A stretch of DNA of 63,942 nt, the filler included, from Conidiobolus incongruus B7586 (lineage: Eukaryota), in assembly GCA_000697335.1 (NCBI GenBank). It is 14 parts of 14 records of this genome, joined end to end, with 100 filler letters (N's around TTAATTAATTAA, not from the genome) between each part and the next. Parts side by side here need not be neighbours in the genome. Positions count along the whole stretch, not along the records: positions 1 to 4,906 come from JNEM01006659.1; positions 5,007 to 7,103 come from JNEM01006661.1; positions 7,204 to 8,795 come from JNEM01006662.1; positions 8,896 to 15,510 come from JNEM01006663.1; 10 more parts are not named here. One strand, given 5' to 3'. The position numbers and the translations under genes are program-made. Numbering within the stretch: position 1 is the stretch's first letter; the number at the start of each line of letters is the position of its first letter. The notes under the pieces are model-generated. The model saw only the letters and a list, made by a program, of their open reading frames with translations. It had not been told where the DNA came from and ran no database searches. Of this stretch, positions 1 to 12,926 are shown one piece after another.

Positions 1-493
1 TAAATATTATTAATATAAATTACTAAATTATTAGTTTAAGGTGAAATTAATCAAAATTGACTATATAATATTATCTCAATAATAATCATTCATATTAACA
101 AGTTATATAATTTTATAATGAGTGTTAAATAATAAAATGTATAAATTCAAATATCTGATTATTTTTTAATTATTAATATAATAATTCAATTGACTTTTAC
201 TATTTTTTTTTTCAAAAAATTATTTTTAATGTATATAATTAATTTCAATAAATAGTGATTATTAAAATATTATATATATATTTAAAAGTATTTATAATTT
301 TTTTAATAATAATAGACAATATTATATATTTTGAAGTTTAAAGCATATATAATATTAAATATTATTTAAAAATAAAACAAATATACAAAATTGAATATTT
401 ATAATAAAAAAATATTAATATGGAAATATGTTAAAATAAAATATAAATTATATATTGAATTCAATTATTATTTTAAATCTAAAAAACTAAATA

Positions 494-1803
494 TTACCAT
501 TGAATCAAAAAAATGGGAAATTTTTTAATTTCTGAATTTTCAAACAAATTATTAGTTTCAAATAAAAAAATATATACAAAATAGATAGGAAAATAAATAG
601 TTTTACATTTCATATAAATGTATATATAATAACTTTTTGATTAAAAAATTAATTTTAAAATTAGTTTTTTAATTTAATTATATTTAAACTAAATAATAAC
701 AATCAAATTTCTGTTATTTTATTATCAGTAAAATTTAACCATAAACCCTCTAAAATCATTTAAAATTTACAAGCAGCTTTTAATAATAAAGAATTATGTA
801 AATCAACAATTTATTACTAGATAAATAACATTAAAGTTAAAATAGAAACTACCTAAAACCTGCTAAAATCTAGAAGACCAACTTCAACTATCACTCTTTC
901 AATTTTAATAAATTAAAAAAATAAAATGAAAAGCACCTTTTTATTATAGCTAGAGAATTATCAAGACACATTAATAGTAGTCACATAAGTATTTTATATA
1001 TATTAAAGTTTAAATTGAAATTAATTAATAAAAATATAAAAGGGATATCTTATAATTTAATTCAAATTGAAAAAAAAGTTAAAGTAGCTATTATTTAACA
1101 AAATATAATAATATATAACTAAAAATCAAGGTTGTTATATCATATTATTATAATTAATAAAGCTTAAATTCCTTTGTATAATCCTTTATCAAAACATAAA
1201 TCAAAGTGTTAAATTAAGCCAAATCAATCCCATTTATAAATTTTTTTAATAAATACTTTATTGATAAATAAATACTAACTGTTATAATATATTATAATAG
1301 CATATGCTATTATTATTTAGTTCCTAAAGGAATCTAAATTAATAATATACTTTATATTTCTTTTTTAAATAAAACTATTGTTAATTGGTATTCTTAATAT
1401 TATTTAAGAAGACCTATTATTTTGCATAATAATTGCAAAATACATAAATTTAAAGTTATAAAAATCTATTTAATAAAAATAACTGGAAAAAACTACCATA
1501 TTCAATATATTCCCCAGATTATAACCAATGAGATTATAATTGTTTTTAGGTAATTATAAAACTAGCTTACAGGAAAGAAAATTTCTGCAAGAAAATTTAA
1601 TTGGTATGTAAATATTAAATTTCTGTCTTTAATAAAAGAACTGTTTTTTAAGTATTAGATTTTTGCTAAAAATATAGCTAAAAGTTATTTAAAGTAAATA
1701 AAATTATTAATTTATATTATATATTTATTTTTACTTTTTATATATTAAAATATTTATTTTTTTTCAATTGCAAAAAATTCCAGTTATTTAAATTACAAAG
1801 TAA
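494..1803 (+). mobile_element. Degenerate mariner-family (DD34D) DNA transposon copy
   Basis: TA-flanked ends TTACCATTGAATC..AATGGGAAATTTT and ..AAAAAATTCC..TACAAAGTAA. Colinear with the better-preserved copy at 54730-56049, including a YSPDYNQ*DYNCF remnant at ~1507-1545. Many stops. Confidence 0.88.
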
Positions 1804-2465
1804 TATTAAAAACCTCTATATAAAAATTTCTACATAATTATTCTAATTATTTCTATTCAACATAAAATAAATAGAAATTATATATTTTTCAATTGAAAAT
1901 GGTTATCCAAGCCATTAGTAATTTAAAACATAATATCAAAAATACTTAATTATTAAATATATATAAGAGAATTGATTAATATAACACAAATATATAAAAT
2001 GATCTAAATCAAGCTTATTATATATAATATAGCTTTAATCATTATTATTATATTATGTTAATATAGAAAAAAAATTATTCTATTAACTGATAATTATATA
2101 ACAAAACCATTTATTATTTTAGCTAAAATTGGTGATTTTATAAAAAATTATTTATCATCATTTTTAATAAAAATATATATATCTGGTTTATAAAAACTAT
2201 AAAAATACAAAATAACAAGATTTCAGCTAATAAAGGATTTTTATAAATTTCAAATAGTTTATTATTAATTATTTATTTTAATTATAATTCAACTATTTAT
2301 AATATTATATATTAATACTGAGTTTTAATTTTAAATCATTATAAAATTAAAAAATTTTGTATGAATATATTTATTATAAATATTTTTAAATTTAAACTTT
2401 TGATTTTTATAAATTATTTTAATTAATATAAATCAATTTATCATAAATAAAAATTAAATATTATA

Positions 2466-2957
2466 CACTGACCTGCAAAAGTGAGTCATAAAATCAAAAA
2501 CACCTATATTTTTACTAATAACTTGATTAATATTTAATAAAATAAACCAAAATTAAATAATTAAAATCTATTATATTTATTAGTTATATATATCATTAAA
2601 TGAGGATATTTAGCTATTAATTGGCTAAAATATAAACCCTTAAATTTTACCTAAGGTGAGTCATAAATTTGCAGGTTTTTGGTGATAAAAAAAAATTAAA
2701 ACCTAGTGTATCCACCTTTAGCTTTTCTAACTTCTTTAAGTCTGTGGGGCATAGAATCAACTAACCTCGGTTAAATATTAAGGGTTAATATTTTTGCTAA
2801 TAGTTTACTAAATATATCTAAATATATTTATTTATTATTAAATAATATACCTTAATTATATATTATAATTTCAAGTAATCTAATATATACAATTGTTTTA
2901 GTTATTAATTAAAATATATATATTTTTGATTTTATGACTCACTTTTGTGGGTCAGTG
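2466..2957 (-). mobile_element. Internally deleted non-autonomous Tc1-family element (492 bp)
   Basis: TA|CACTGACCTGCAAAAGTGAGTCATAAAATC ... GATTTTATGACTCACTTTTGTGGGTCAGTG|TA. Joins the two ends of the 1.57-kb Tc1 element, with the junction at ~2765. Confidence 0.92.
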
Positions 2958-3705
2958 TATTATAGTATAAAAATACCAATTATTGATTATTTAATTAGAC
3001 ATAATTAATATCCTATATTATATATAAATTAAATACAAAGAAAATTTGAAAAAATATTTATTAATATATTAGCTTAATTTAAAAAGCTATATAATTATTA
3101 ATATTTTTTTAATAATTTTTTTAATTATAATATTTGATATTTTTTATTTTTAATTTTGAAATATATTTGGTTTAATTATTTTAAATTTTATTTGATATTT
3201 TAAATTTCTATATAATATACAATATATTATTAATTTAATTATTTAAATTATAATTAATTATTTAATATATAATTTATTAATGTTTTTTTTCATTTTTAAC
3301 TTTTATTATATATATTTGATTGATTTTATAAATTAAGATATATTTATTTTATATTTATTCTTTTAAAATATATTAATTAAAATTATTTTAATTTTTTATC
3401 AATTAGAAAAATAACTTTTTTATATAATTCAATATATTTATTATAATAAAATTTGAATATTTTGATTAAGTTTTATTTACATATTTTTTTATTATTAATT
3501 TAAATTTGATTTAATATTTTATTATAATTTTAATTAATTGGAAATTAATATTTATTATATATGATTTTTATTATTTTATATGCTTTTTAAATTAATTTTT
3601 AAATTATTTTTATATATATTATAAAAATATTTTTTGAATATATTTATAATATTTAAAAATCAAAATTAATATATATTATTATATTAGTATTAATTTTTAT
3701 TATAA

Positions 3706-4906
3706 TTATTTTTTGGTATTTTTAATAATGGGAACTTTATATAATTAAAAATAAATAAATATTATGATATATTATAAAATATATATATATATATTATGAA
3801 TTTAATAGTCTTTTTTATTATTAATAACTATTTGCTATATTTTTGGCAAAGAACTAATACTTAAAAATATTTCTTTTTATTAAAAACTAATATTTAATAT
3901 TTCACAAACTAATTAAATTTTTTTGCAGAAATTTTCTTTCTTGAAATCTATTTTTTTAATTACTCAAAGGAATTATAATTATATAAGTTATAATCTAAGT
4001 AGTGAATTAGATATAGTAATTTGTTCCAGTTATTTTTAATTTGAATGTTTTTTATTATTTTAGTTATATTTATGTGACAAATATCATATAAAATAATAAG
4101 TTTTTTCAAATTATATTAAGAAGACTAATTAAATATATTTTTACTCAAAAAAGCAATATAAAATTTATTATTTATTAATTTTCATTCAGAAAATAAATAA
4201 GAGTAGCATATACTATTATAATCCATTAATATAATTAACTTTTGCTTATTAATAGGAAGTTAATTTAATGAAATTTGTGGAGAGGGTTTATTTAACTTAA
4301 TCTAACACTTTGATTTATGTATTAGTAATAAATTATACAAATAAACCTAAGAATCATTAATTTTAAAAGTTCATTATTAAAGCCTTGGTTTTTAGCTATA
4401 TTTTAAAATTAGTTTTATTTAATAATAACTATTTTAGCTTTTTTTAGGCTTTTTTTAAATTTTAATCTATATTTTATATTTTAATTAATTAATTCAAATT
4501 CAAATTTTAATATATATATAAATACTAATAAAACTAATACTAAAGTTCTTAGATATTTCTCTAATTCAAATAATAAGATGTTTTCCAATAAAATTTTTAA
4601 CTTTAATAACAATTAAAAAAATAATAATTAAAGTTGATTATTAGATTTTAACAAATTTATATAGTTTTTTATTTAGACTTAAAATAATTTACCTAGGAAT
4701 AAATTATTAATTTCAATTATATTTAATTATCTAAAGTTATTTGTAAATTATAAATAAGTTTAAAAGATTTATGGTTAAATTTTACTGATATTAAAAAAAA
4801 GGCTTTTGATAGTTATTATATGATTTAAGCATGATTAAATTAAATAACTAATATTAAAAAATTATTTTTCTAAACAAAAAATTAATATATATATATATAT
4901 ATATAT
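3706..4906 (-). mobile_element. Degenerate mariner copy, truncated by assembly gap
   Basis: Reverse-complement similarity to the other mariner copies. Right TIR remnant GTATTTTTAATAATGGGAAC at ~3716. Confidence 0.82.
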
Positions 4907-5204
4907 NNNNNNNNNNNNNNNNNNNNNNNNNNNNNNNNNNNNNNNNNNNNTTAATTAATTAANNNNNNNNNNNNNNNNNNNNNNNNNNNNNNNNNNNNNN
5001 NNNNNNACTAGTGTATTTATATAATTCTAAAATAATTCTAAAATTAATTTAAAATAATTTTAAATATTATTATATAATATTTAATTATAATTAATTATAT
5101 TAGATTATAATTTATCATCTATTGATGAATATTTAAAACCTAATATTTTAATTAATATAAATTAAAAGTTTTTAAGTTTTTAAAATAAAAGATTTTATAT
5201 AATA

Positions 5205-6774
5205 TACTAACTTGTAAAAATGAGTTATAAAATTTAAAACACTTATATTTATACTAATAACTTAATTAATATTTAATGAAATAAACTTAAATTAAATAAT
5301 TGAAATCTATTATATTTATTAGTTATATACATCATTAAATGGTGATATTTAGTTATTAATTGGTTAAAATATAAACCCTTAAATTTTACCTAAGGTGAGT
5401 TATAAATTTGTAGGTTTTTAGTGAAAAAAAATTATAACCTAATGTATCTACTTTTAACTTTTCTAACTTCTTTAAGTTTGTGTGGTATAAAATCAACTAA
5501 CTTCTTATATTAAAAAGGGTTAATTTTATTCTATGCTTCTTAAATTTATTTTTAAAGTTGATCTAAATTTTTTACTGGTGGGAAAGCTTTAATAGCTTTT
5601 TTTAACTAATCCTAAAAGTGTTTAATTAGATTAAAATTAAAAGATTGAAGAAGCTACTTTATAACTATTATTTTATTATTTTTAAGTTATTTGGTAATAG
5701 ATGTTATAGTATAACAAAAGGTATTATCTTACTAGAAAATAATATTAGATTTGTTTAACCTATTTTATTCAATAGTTTTTTTCAATTCATTGTTTAAAAT
5801 ACTTTAGTATATTTTAGTATTAATTCCCCTATTAACTTTACAAAGATACTTTACAATTAAAAACAACATATATCCCTAAATAATAATTAACCTACTATTA
5901 TACTTTTAGGTAAAATTAACATAATAGTTACAAAATAATTTTGTATTTTTTTTAAAGTATCTAGTTTTTTTATCAGATCTACTAAAGTATATTTTTGTTT
6001 TATTAAATTAAATAATTTTATTTTAATCAATTTTAATTCAACATTAGTGATAATATTTAAACTCTTACCTAGCTTTGTGGTGGGATTTCTTTAGTTAGGG
6101 GTGTTTTTTCTTAAAGTGTAAGTGGTATCTATGCTAATATAAAATATATATAACAGTATCAATGCTAACTAATATTCCTATATAGTTTTATAGTTCCTAC
6201 TGTATTTTTACAATAATACTACACTTGCTTATATTAAATAACCTACAAATATACTTCTCATCATATTTATCTATAATTTTAACACACTTAAGTTTAAGTT
6301 TAAATGTTTCTTTATTGCTATTCTTAATAGCTTTAACTATAGTAGATTAACTAACACTAGTAATTCTAGTAATATCATAAGTTAATTTACCTTCTTTATA
6401 AAATTGATTGATATACAAGTAGATTTTTTTAAAGAGGGATTTAAGTATAATATTACTAATAAAAAAAATTTAGTATATTTGTAAAATATTATATAAGATA
6501 ATAACAAAAAGTGAAAAAAGATATAGTTATATATTGTTAAATATATGCCTTTATCTCAAAAACCTGTAAATTTATAACTCACCTTGGTTAAATATTAAAG
6601 ATTAATATTTTTGCTAATAGTTTACTAAATATATCTAAATATATTTATTTATTATTAAGTAATATACCTTAATTATATATTATAGTTTCAAGTAATCTAA
6701 TAAATACAACTGTTTTAGTTATTAATTAAAAAATATATATTTTTGATTTTATAACTCATTTTTGTGGGTCAGTG
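5205..6774 (-). mobile_element. Full-length but mutated Tc1-family (DD34E) transposon, ~1570 bp
   Basis: Both TIRs present (TACTAACTTGTAAAAATGAGTTAT.. / ..ATAACTCATTTTTGTGGGTCAGTG). Colinear with the copy at 36689-38174. Transposase riddled with stops. Confidence 0.9.
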
Positions 6775-7203
6775 TTTAATATATATACTAAGTTATCAGA
6801 ATAAATTATAAAATCAAAAATATATAGAATTTAATTAAAAGCTAAAATAATTATATATATTAGATTGAATAAAATTATATTATATATTTAAGATATATTA
6901 TTTTATATTTAAGGGTATATATAGATATTTTTAATAAGTTAATAGCAATAATATTAACCATTAATATATAACCAAGATAAATTATAAATTTATAGGTTTT
7001 TAAGATAAAAAGATATATTTAACAATATATAACCCTATTTTTTGTTTTTTATTATTATTATATATAATATTTTATAGATATAATATATATATTTATTAAT
7101 ATGNNNNNNNNNNNNNNNNNNNNNNNNNNNNNNNNNNNNNNNNNNNNTTAATTAATTAANNNNNNNNNNNNNNNNNNNNNNNNNNNNNNNNNNNNNNNNN
7201 NNN

Positions 7204-8627
7204 TATAGTAAACTATTAGCAAAAATATTAACCCTTAATATTTAACCAAGGTGAGTTATAAATTTGTGGGTTTTTAAGATAAAAGGATATATTTAACAAT
7301 ATATAACTATATCTTTTTTCTCTCTTTATTATTATTTTATATAATATTTTACAAATATAATAAATTTTTTTTTAATATTATTATACCTAAATACCTCTTT
7401 AAAAAAATCCACTTGTATAACAATTAACTTTATAAAAAAGATTAATCAACTTATGATATTGCTAGAATTACTAGTGTTAGCTAGTTTATTATAGCTAAAG
7501 TTGTTAAGAATAGCAATAAAAAAACCTTTAAACTTAAACTTAAGTGTGTTAAAATCATAGATAGATATGATAAGAAGTATATCTATAAGTTAGTTAATAG
7601 AAGCAAGTATAGTATTGCTACAAAAATATAACAGGAACTATAAGATTATATAAGAATATTAGTTAACACTAATACTATTATATATACTTTATATTAGCAT
7701 AGATACCACTTACACTTTAAGAAAAAACACCCCTAATTAAAAAAATCCCATTGTAAAGTTAAATGGGAGTTTAAATATCACTACTAATATTAAACCAAAA
7801 CTAATTAAAGTAAAGTTATTTAATCTGATAAAATAAAAATATACTTTAGTAGATTTGATAGAAAAGTTAGATAATTTAAAAAAAATGCAGAATTATTTTA
7901 TAACCATCATATTAATTTTACCCAAAAGTATAATGATAGGTTAATTATTATTTAGGGATATATATTATCTTTAGGTGTAAGATATCTTTGTAAAGTTAAT
8001 AAAGGAATTAATATTAGGATATATTAAAGTATTCTAAACAATTAATTGAAAAAAACCATTAAATAATATAGGTTAGATAAATCTAATGTTATTTTCTAAT
8101 AAGATAATATCTCTTGCTATATTATAACTACTACTACCAAATAGGTTAAAAATAACAAAATAACAATTATAAAGTGGTTTCTTTAATCTTTTAACTTTAA
8201 TTTAATTAAGCATCTTTAAGATCAGTTAAAAAAAGTTATTAATTTTTCCCCCTAGTAAAAATTTTAGATCAACTTTAGGAATATATTCAAGAAGTATAGA
8301 ATAAGATTAACCCTTCTTAGTGTAAGAAATTAGTTGATTCTATACTCCACAAACTTAAAGAAGTCAGAAAAGCTAAAGGTAGATACACTAAGTTTTAATT
8401 TATTCTATCACCAAAAACCTATAAATTTATAACTTATCCTAGGTAAAATTTAAGGGTTTATATTTTAACCAATTAATAACTAAATATCATCATTTAAAAA
8501 TATATAAAATTAATAAATATAATAGATTTTAGTTATTTAAATTAGATTTATTTAATTTAATATTAATTAAGTTATTAATAAAAATATAAATGTTTTTGAT
8601 TTTATAACTCACTTTTGTAGGTTAATA
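7204..8627 (+). mobile_element. Mutated Tc1-family copy, left end lost in gap (a further fragment at ~6960-7103)
   Basis: Inner repeat AAGGTGAGTTATAAATTTG at ~7248. Right TIR ..ATAACTCACTTTTGTAGGTTAATA. Colinear with other copies. Confidence 0.88.
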
Positions 8628-8895
8628 TATAAACTTATATATTATTTTTATTTCAAAAAAAACAACATTTAATTAAAAACCATTTATTTTAAAGTTAAAT
8701 ATCTATTTAATTATTAATATTAAATTAAACCAAAATTAATTATACTAAGGTTATTTAATATAATAAAATAATTATTTATTTTAATAATTTTAATANNNNN
8801 NNNNNNNNNNNNNNNNNNNNNNNNNNNNNNNNNNNNNNNTTAATTAATTAANNNNNNNNNNNNNNNNNNNNNNNNNNNNNNNNNNNNNNNNNNNN

Positions 8896-10224
8896 ATATT
8901 ACACAAAGAATTAGTAGTAGTTTTTAATAAGGAAACACGTCAAAAAATCATGAAATTGTCTCACGATCATACCACAGGGGGTCATTACGGAGCTGAGAAG
9001 ACTAAAGAATTAGTCAGCCGCCAATATCACTGGAAATCATTAAAGAAAGAGATCAGTGAGTATATACGCAGATGCCACGAATGCAATAGGAATAAAATAG
9101 CAAAAAATCAAGCTATAGGGTCCCTTAAACCGTTAGAAGTTCCATCTAAACCATTTGAAACAATATCGATGGATTTCATTACAGACATGCCCCCAGTAAA
9201 GGAACTTGATACAATATGGGTCATTACGGATCATTTTACAAAGATGACACAGTACATTCCGATCTCCAAAAAGACTAAGGCTTCAGAATTAGCCCGATTG
9301 TTCGTGGAAAATCATGTAAAACGCTTTGGCCTACCATTCAATATAATTTCTGATCGTGATAAATTATTTACATCAGCATATTGGAAAGAATTTTTATATA
9401 AACTAAGGATAAGGCTTAAACTCTCGTCGGCTTATCACCCCCAAACGAACGGGCAAACAGAAAGAATTAATCAATGTTTAGAAACCTATTTAAGGATATT
9501 CAGTAATTTTAGTCAAAATAATTGGGTAGAATTATTACCATTAGCGGAATTCACTTTTAACAACTCTTATCATTCAGCAATTAAAACCACACCATTTAGA
9601 GCTCATGGAGGAGTTGACCCAAGCTTCATAACTACGAACAAAATAACGAGAATTCCAAGTTTAGATGAAAAAATGCAACTTATGCAAGAAACACAATCCA
9701 GATTAGCAATTATATTACGTAAGACCAAGAAAAAATACAAAGAACACTACGATAAAAAGAACCGAAACAGGAGAGATGTGGATTACACAAACAAATGGGT
9801 ATATTTATCAGCAAGGAACATTAAACTCAAAAGAAGAAGCAAGAAACTTTCTCACAAATACTTAGGTCCCTTCAAAGTGATACAAAAAATCAATGAAGTC
9901 AGTTTCAAACTTGCTCTTCCCCAAGGATACCGCATACATAATGTATTTCATAGTTCTCTATTAAAAGAAGCAGAAGGACCAATAGATGAACCACCAGAAC
10001 AAATCCTTACTGAAGAAGGTAGTGACGAACAGGTACATAAAATTTTGAAAACCAGAACAAATAATGGTAAAACACAAATATGCATCCAATGGAAAGGGAA
10101 ATCAGAAGAAGAAGCAGAATGGAGGGATATTCAGCCTATCACAAACAATAATCAAGATAGAGAGGATCCCATTTCCACGGAAGACGTTGACAGACAGGAA
10201 TCAGAAAGAGAAGGAGGGGAATAG
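8896..10224 (+). CDS. Ty3/gypsy (chromovirus-type) Pol C-terminus: integrase + chromodomain, 5' end in gap
   Basis: Frame open from the gap edge. HHCC zinc motif (HDHTTGGH..CHEC), DDE core (SMDF..ISDRD..AYHPQTNGQTER), GPF motif (KYLGPFKV) and chromodomain-like tail (VHKILKTR..QWKG..EAEW). Confidence 0.95.
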   Translation: MLHKELVVVFNKETRQKIMKLSHDHTTGGHYGAEKTKELVSRQYHWKSLKKEISEYIRRCHECNRNKIAKNQAIGSLKPLEVPSKPFETISMDFITDMPPVKELDTIWVITDHFTKMTQYIPISKKTKASELARLFVENHVKRFGLPFNIISDRDKLFTSAYWKEFLYKLRIRLKLSSAYHPQTNGQTERINQCLETYLRIFSNFSQNNWVELLPLAEFTFNNSYHSAIKTTPFRAHGGVDPSFITTNKITRIPSLDEKMQLMQETQSRLAIILRKTKKKYKEHYDKKNRNRRDVDYTNKWVYLSARNIKLKRRSKKLSHKYLGPFKVIQKINEVSFKLALPQGYRIHNVFHSSLLKEAEGPIDEPPEQILTEEGSDEQVHKILKTRTNNGKTQICIQWKGKSEEEAEWRDIQPITNNNQDREDPISTEDVDRQESEREGGE

Positions 10225-10513
10225 TGTCACGAGTCAACGTGACATTACCTAAAATAGGATATAATAGGAACATTTAAAGTTCCACTTCCCTTGAAATAAT
10301 CACTACAAGACAAAAGGACAAAGAAGACAAAGAAGACAAAGAAGGCCAAAAGAAGTATAAGAGAACACATCAGAATAGCTAGATGAGCTATTCTGGTCAT
10401 TCCTTTAACAGATCTAATAATTAATAAATAAGTTCCTCAGAGTTATAATATTTTATTCACATTAATTAGCTATCATTATGGTACTGTTACGTTCTATTTT
10501 ATCTCCTGTAACA
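10225..10513 (+). mobile_element. 3' LTR (289 bp) of the chromovirus, preceded by a polypurine tract
   Basis: PPT AGAAAGAGAAGGAGGGGAA (~10203-10221), then TGTCAC ... GTAACA ends. TATAAG at ~10357 and AATAAA at ~10423. Confidence 0.85.
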
Positions 10514-10742
10514 TTCAAAGAAGTTCCCCTCGCAGAGTCACCTCAGACATCAGTATTCAAATTAACATTTGTCCTGCTATGTGTAATGGTTAGCTGGGGA
10601 GGAACTTGGTTAACTACAGGAAGTAATCGCTGGATAATGCGTTTGTGTCTACTAATGAGTTGGGGAATCCTTATACATCAATGTGATGACTTCGTGGTGA
10701 ATTCTTCAGCTCCTCATTGGCGGATCTTAGAGGTAGTTGACA
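10514..10742 (-). mobile_element. Probable remnant of another LTR/repeat into which the chromovirus inserted
   Basis: GC-richer block abutting the LTR and ending sharply at ..GTTGACA (TGTCAAC on the minus strand) before AT-rich DNA. Confidence 0.4.
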
Positions 10743-11408
10743 GGAATAAATATTATTCATATGATTAAATTTAATTTATTTTAATTTATCTGATAACTTT
10801 ATTAAATAAAATTGGTTAAATAAATATCAACTGATAATTTGTACTAAAGTGTTAAAATAGAACAATATAGTATTTTAATTACTAATTGATTAAATTATTT
10901 TACATCAATTGATCTCAAAGTTTAATCTTAAAATAGTTTCAATCTGAATATCAATCATAATTATCTTATAAGCATTAACAAATAGTATATAAATTAATAA
11001 TAACATTATTATGTATTGAAGATATTATAATTAAAATTCTATATCAATTTTTGAAAAATATGCAAATACCATACAATAATAATATGAAATATTCAATCAT
11101 TTGTATATTAAAATATAAAAATTAAAACATTGTTAAAGATTGTGAGATAAAAATTCGTATAATAGAATTTAAATAAATTCAAATTATTTAAAATCTTTTA
11201 TAATATAGATTTCATTTAATGTCAAAGTATTTGATATATCATAATATTTACTATTTTTAGATCTTAAACCATTTATTAAATTTATCAGATAATATTGTTA
11301 GCCAAATATATATAATTTTTATTCCTTTGGAATAAACAATGTATGGGAGATGAATTGAAACTGCTAATTTAATTAATAATATGAGTGATATTAAATAGTT
11401 ATGCAGAA

Positions 11409-12926
11409 TTATTCTTTCTTTTCATCTTCATCATTGGTTTTAGAAGATGTTTTTTGAGATTTTTTTCCATCTGGTATTTTCATATCTGGTAAACTCTCGG
11501 TGCTAGAGTCATTATGAATGATTAAACTATTGATAACTCTGAGCTTGTTCATGGCCCTTCTGAACTTGTTTCGGACGTCAGATTCAGGTGGATCTTCTTC
11601 CAAAAGATTGGTATCTGTAGCTTGTTTACCAATAACCCAAGGATGCTTCAAGGCTTCGGAAGCTGTAAGTCTTTCTTCAGGTTTTCCTTTTAATAATGCT
11701 TTGATAAAGTCTTTAGCTAAAGGGAGAATATTAATGAGTTTTTAAAATATTATAATTTCAAAATTGTTTACCATCTTCAGATATAAGCTTCCAATATTTG
11801 CTAGGGAAATTAATTTTACTTGCTGTCATTGCAGGTAACCATTCGGAAGTTTGCTCATACATTCTAAATGGGTTTGACCCAGCCAATCTAAATTGCATTT
11901 GTTAGTGATATAATGATGATGATTAATATTTCAAATAACTTACAACATATAAGTTACAATGCTAAATTAATGAAAAATTGATATCAGTTAAAATTCAATC
12001 AATGTTGGCTTTGAAATACTTACCCAATACTCCACATATCAATAGGTTTGCCATATTTTTTCCCAAGTAACACTTCGGGAGCTATACACAGAAATCTGTT
12101 AAATAACATTCTATATGTATGAAATCTTTTAATTACCTGTATAACCATGAGATCCACAAATAGTAGATAACATTTGATCTTCTTTTTGTAAAATTTTAGA
12201 TATACTATTATATTCATCAATATAAGTAATTGTCTAGTTTGATTCATAAAAATAGAGGATACCCAAAATCAGCCAATAACAAAGGTGAGTCGTGAGCTTT
12301 TGATTTGAATAACAAATTCTCAGGCTTAATATCTAATGAAAATTGTGAATATTAATCAATATCAATAAATAACAATGATTTACCTCTATGAATAATATTA
12401 TTAGCATGAAGATATTCTACAGCCTGTAAAGTTTGCTTTATATAGCTAATGGAATCTTTTTCAGTCAATCGACCCAATTCATAAAGTCTATCGAATAGTT
12501 CTCCTCCTTCAGCTCTAAATAATAATACATATTAGCTATTAAATCATAACATTTTTAATTACTATTACAATTCGAGAACAATATAAAATTTATTCTTTGA
12601 CTCAAAATAATCGATAAAGTGAACAATATTAGGATGCTGTAACTTTCTAATGGCTTCAAGCTCTCGATAAACCAGGTGAAAGTTGCCAACCATTGACTTT
12701 TTCATAATCACTTTAATAGCTACATTTTGTTCAGTATCAATTTTCTTAGCTAAACGAACTTGGCCAAAGGAACCAGTTCCTGAAATATTATTATAAGCTA
12801 TCTAATTTATGTTTTATTAATAAATTTATAAATACCAATGACTCGAGCTTGTTCATAATTCTTCTTTCTTTCGTAACTCTCAGGTTGTTTAGCGAAAAAA
12901 TGGGAAATAGTATCAACAATTTCCAT
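11409..12926 (-). CDS. Ca2+/calmodulin-dependent protein kinase (CaMK1/CMK1-CMK2-like), 9 exons
   Basis: Manual splicing over 8 short GT-AG introns gives GTGSFGQV, VAIK, HPNIV, GGELFDRL, HRDIKPENLL, LADFG, ICGSHGYTAPE, DMWSIGIVTYMLLAG, RLTASEALKHPW and a basic calmodulin-binding-like helix RNKFRRAMNKLRVINSL. Confidence 0.93.

Noticed and set aside
4907..5006. Recurring TTAATTAATTAA between N runs
   Set aside because: Identical 100-bp scaffolding linker at every gap, with stops in all frames. Assembly artefact, not a biological repeat or CRISPR.
10478..10768. 96-aa ORF
   Set aside because: Straddles the LTR end and the adjacent repeat-like block. No motif; probably a chance ORF.
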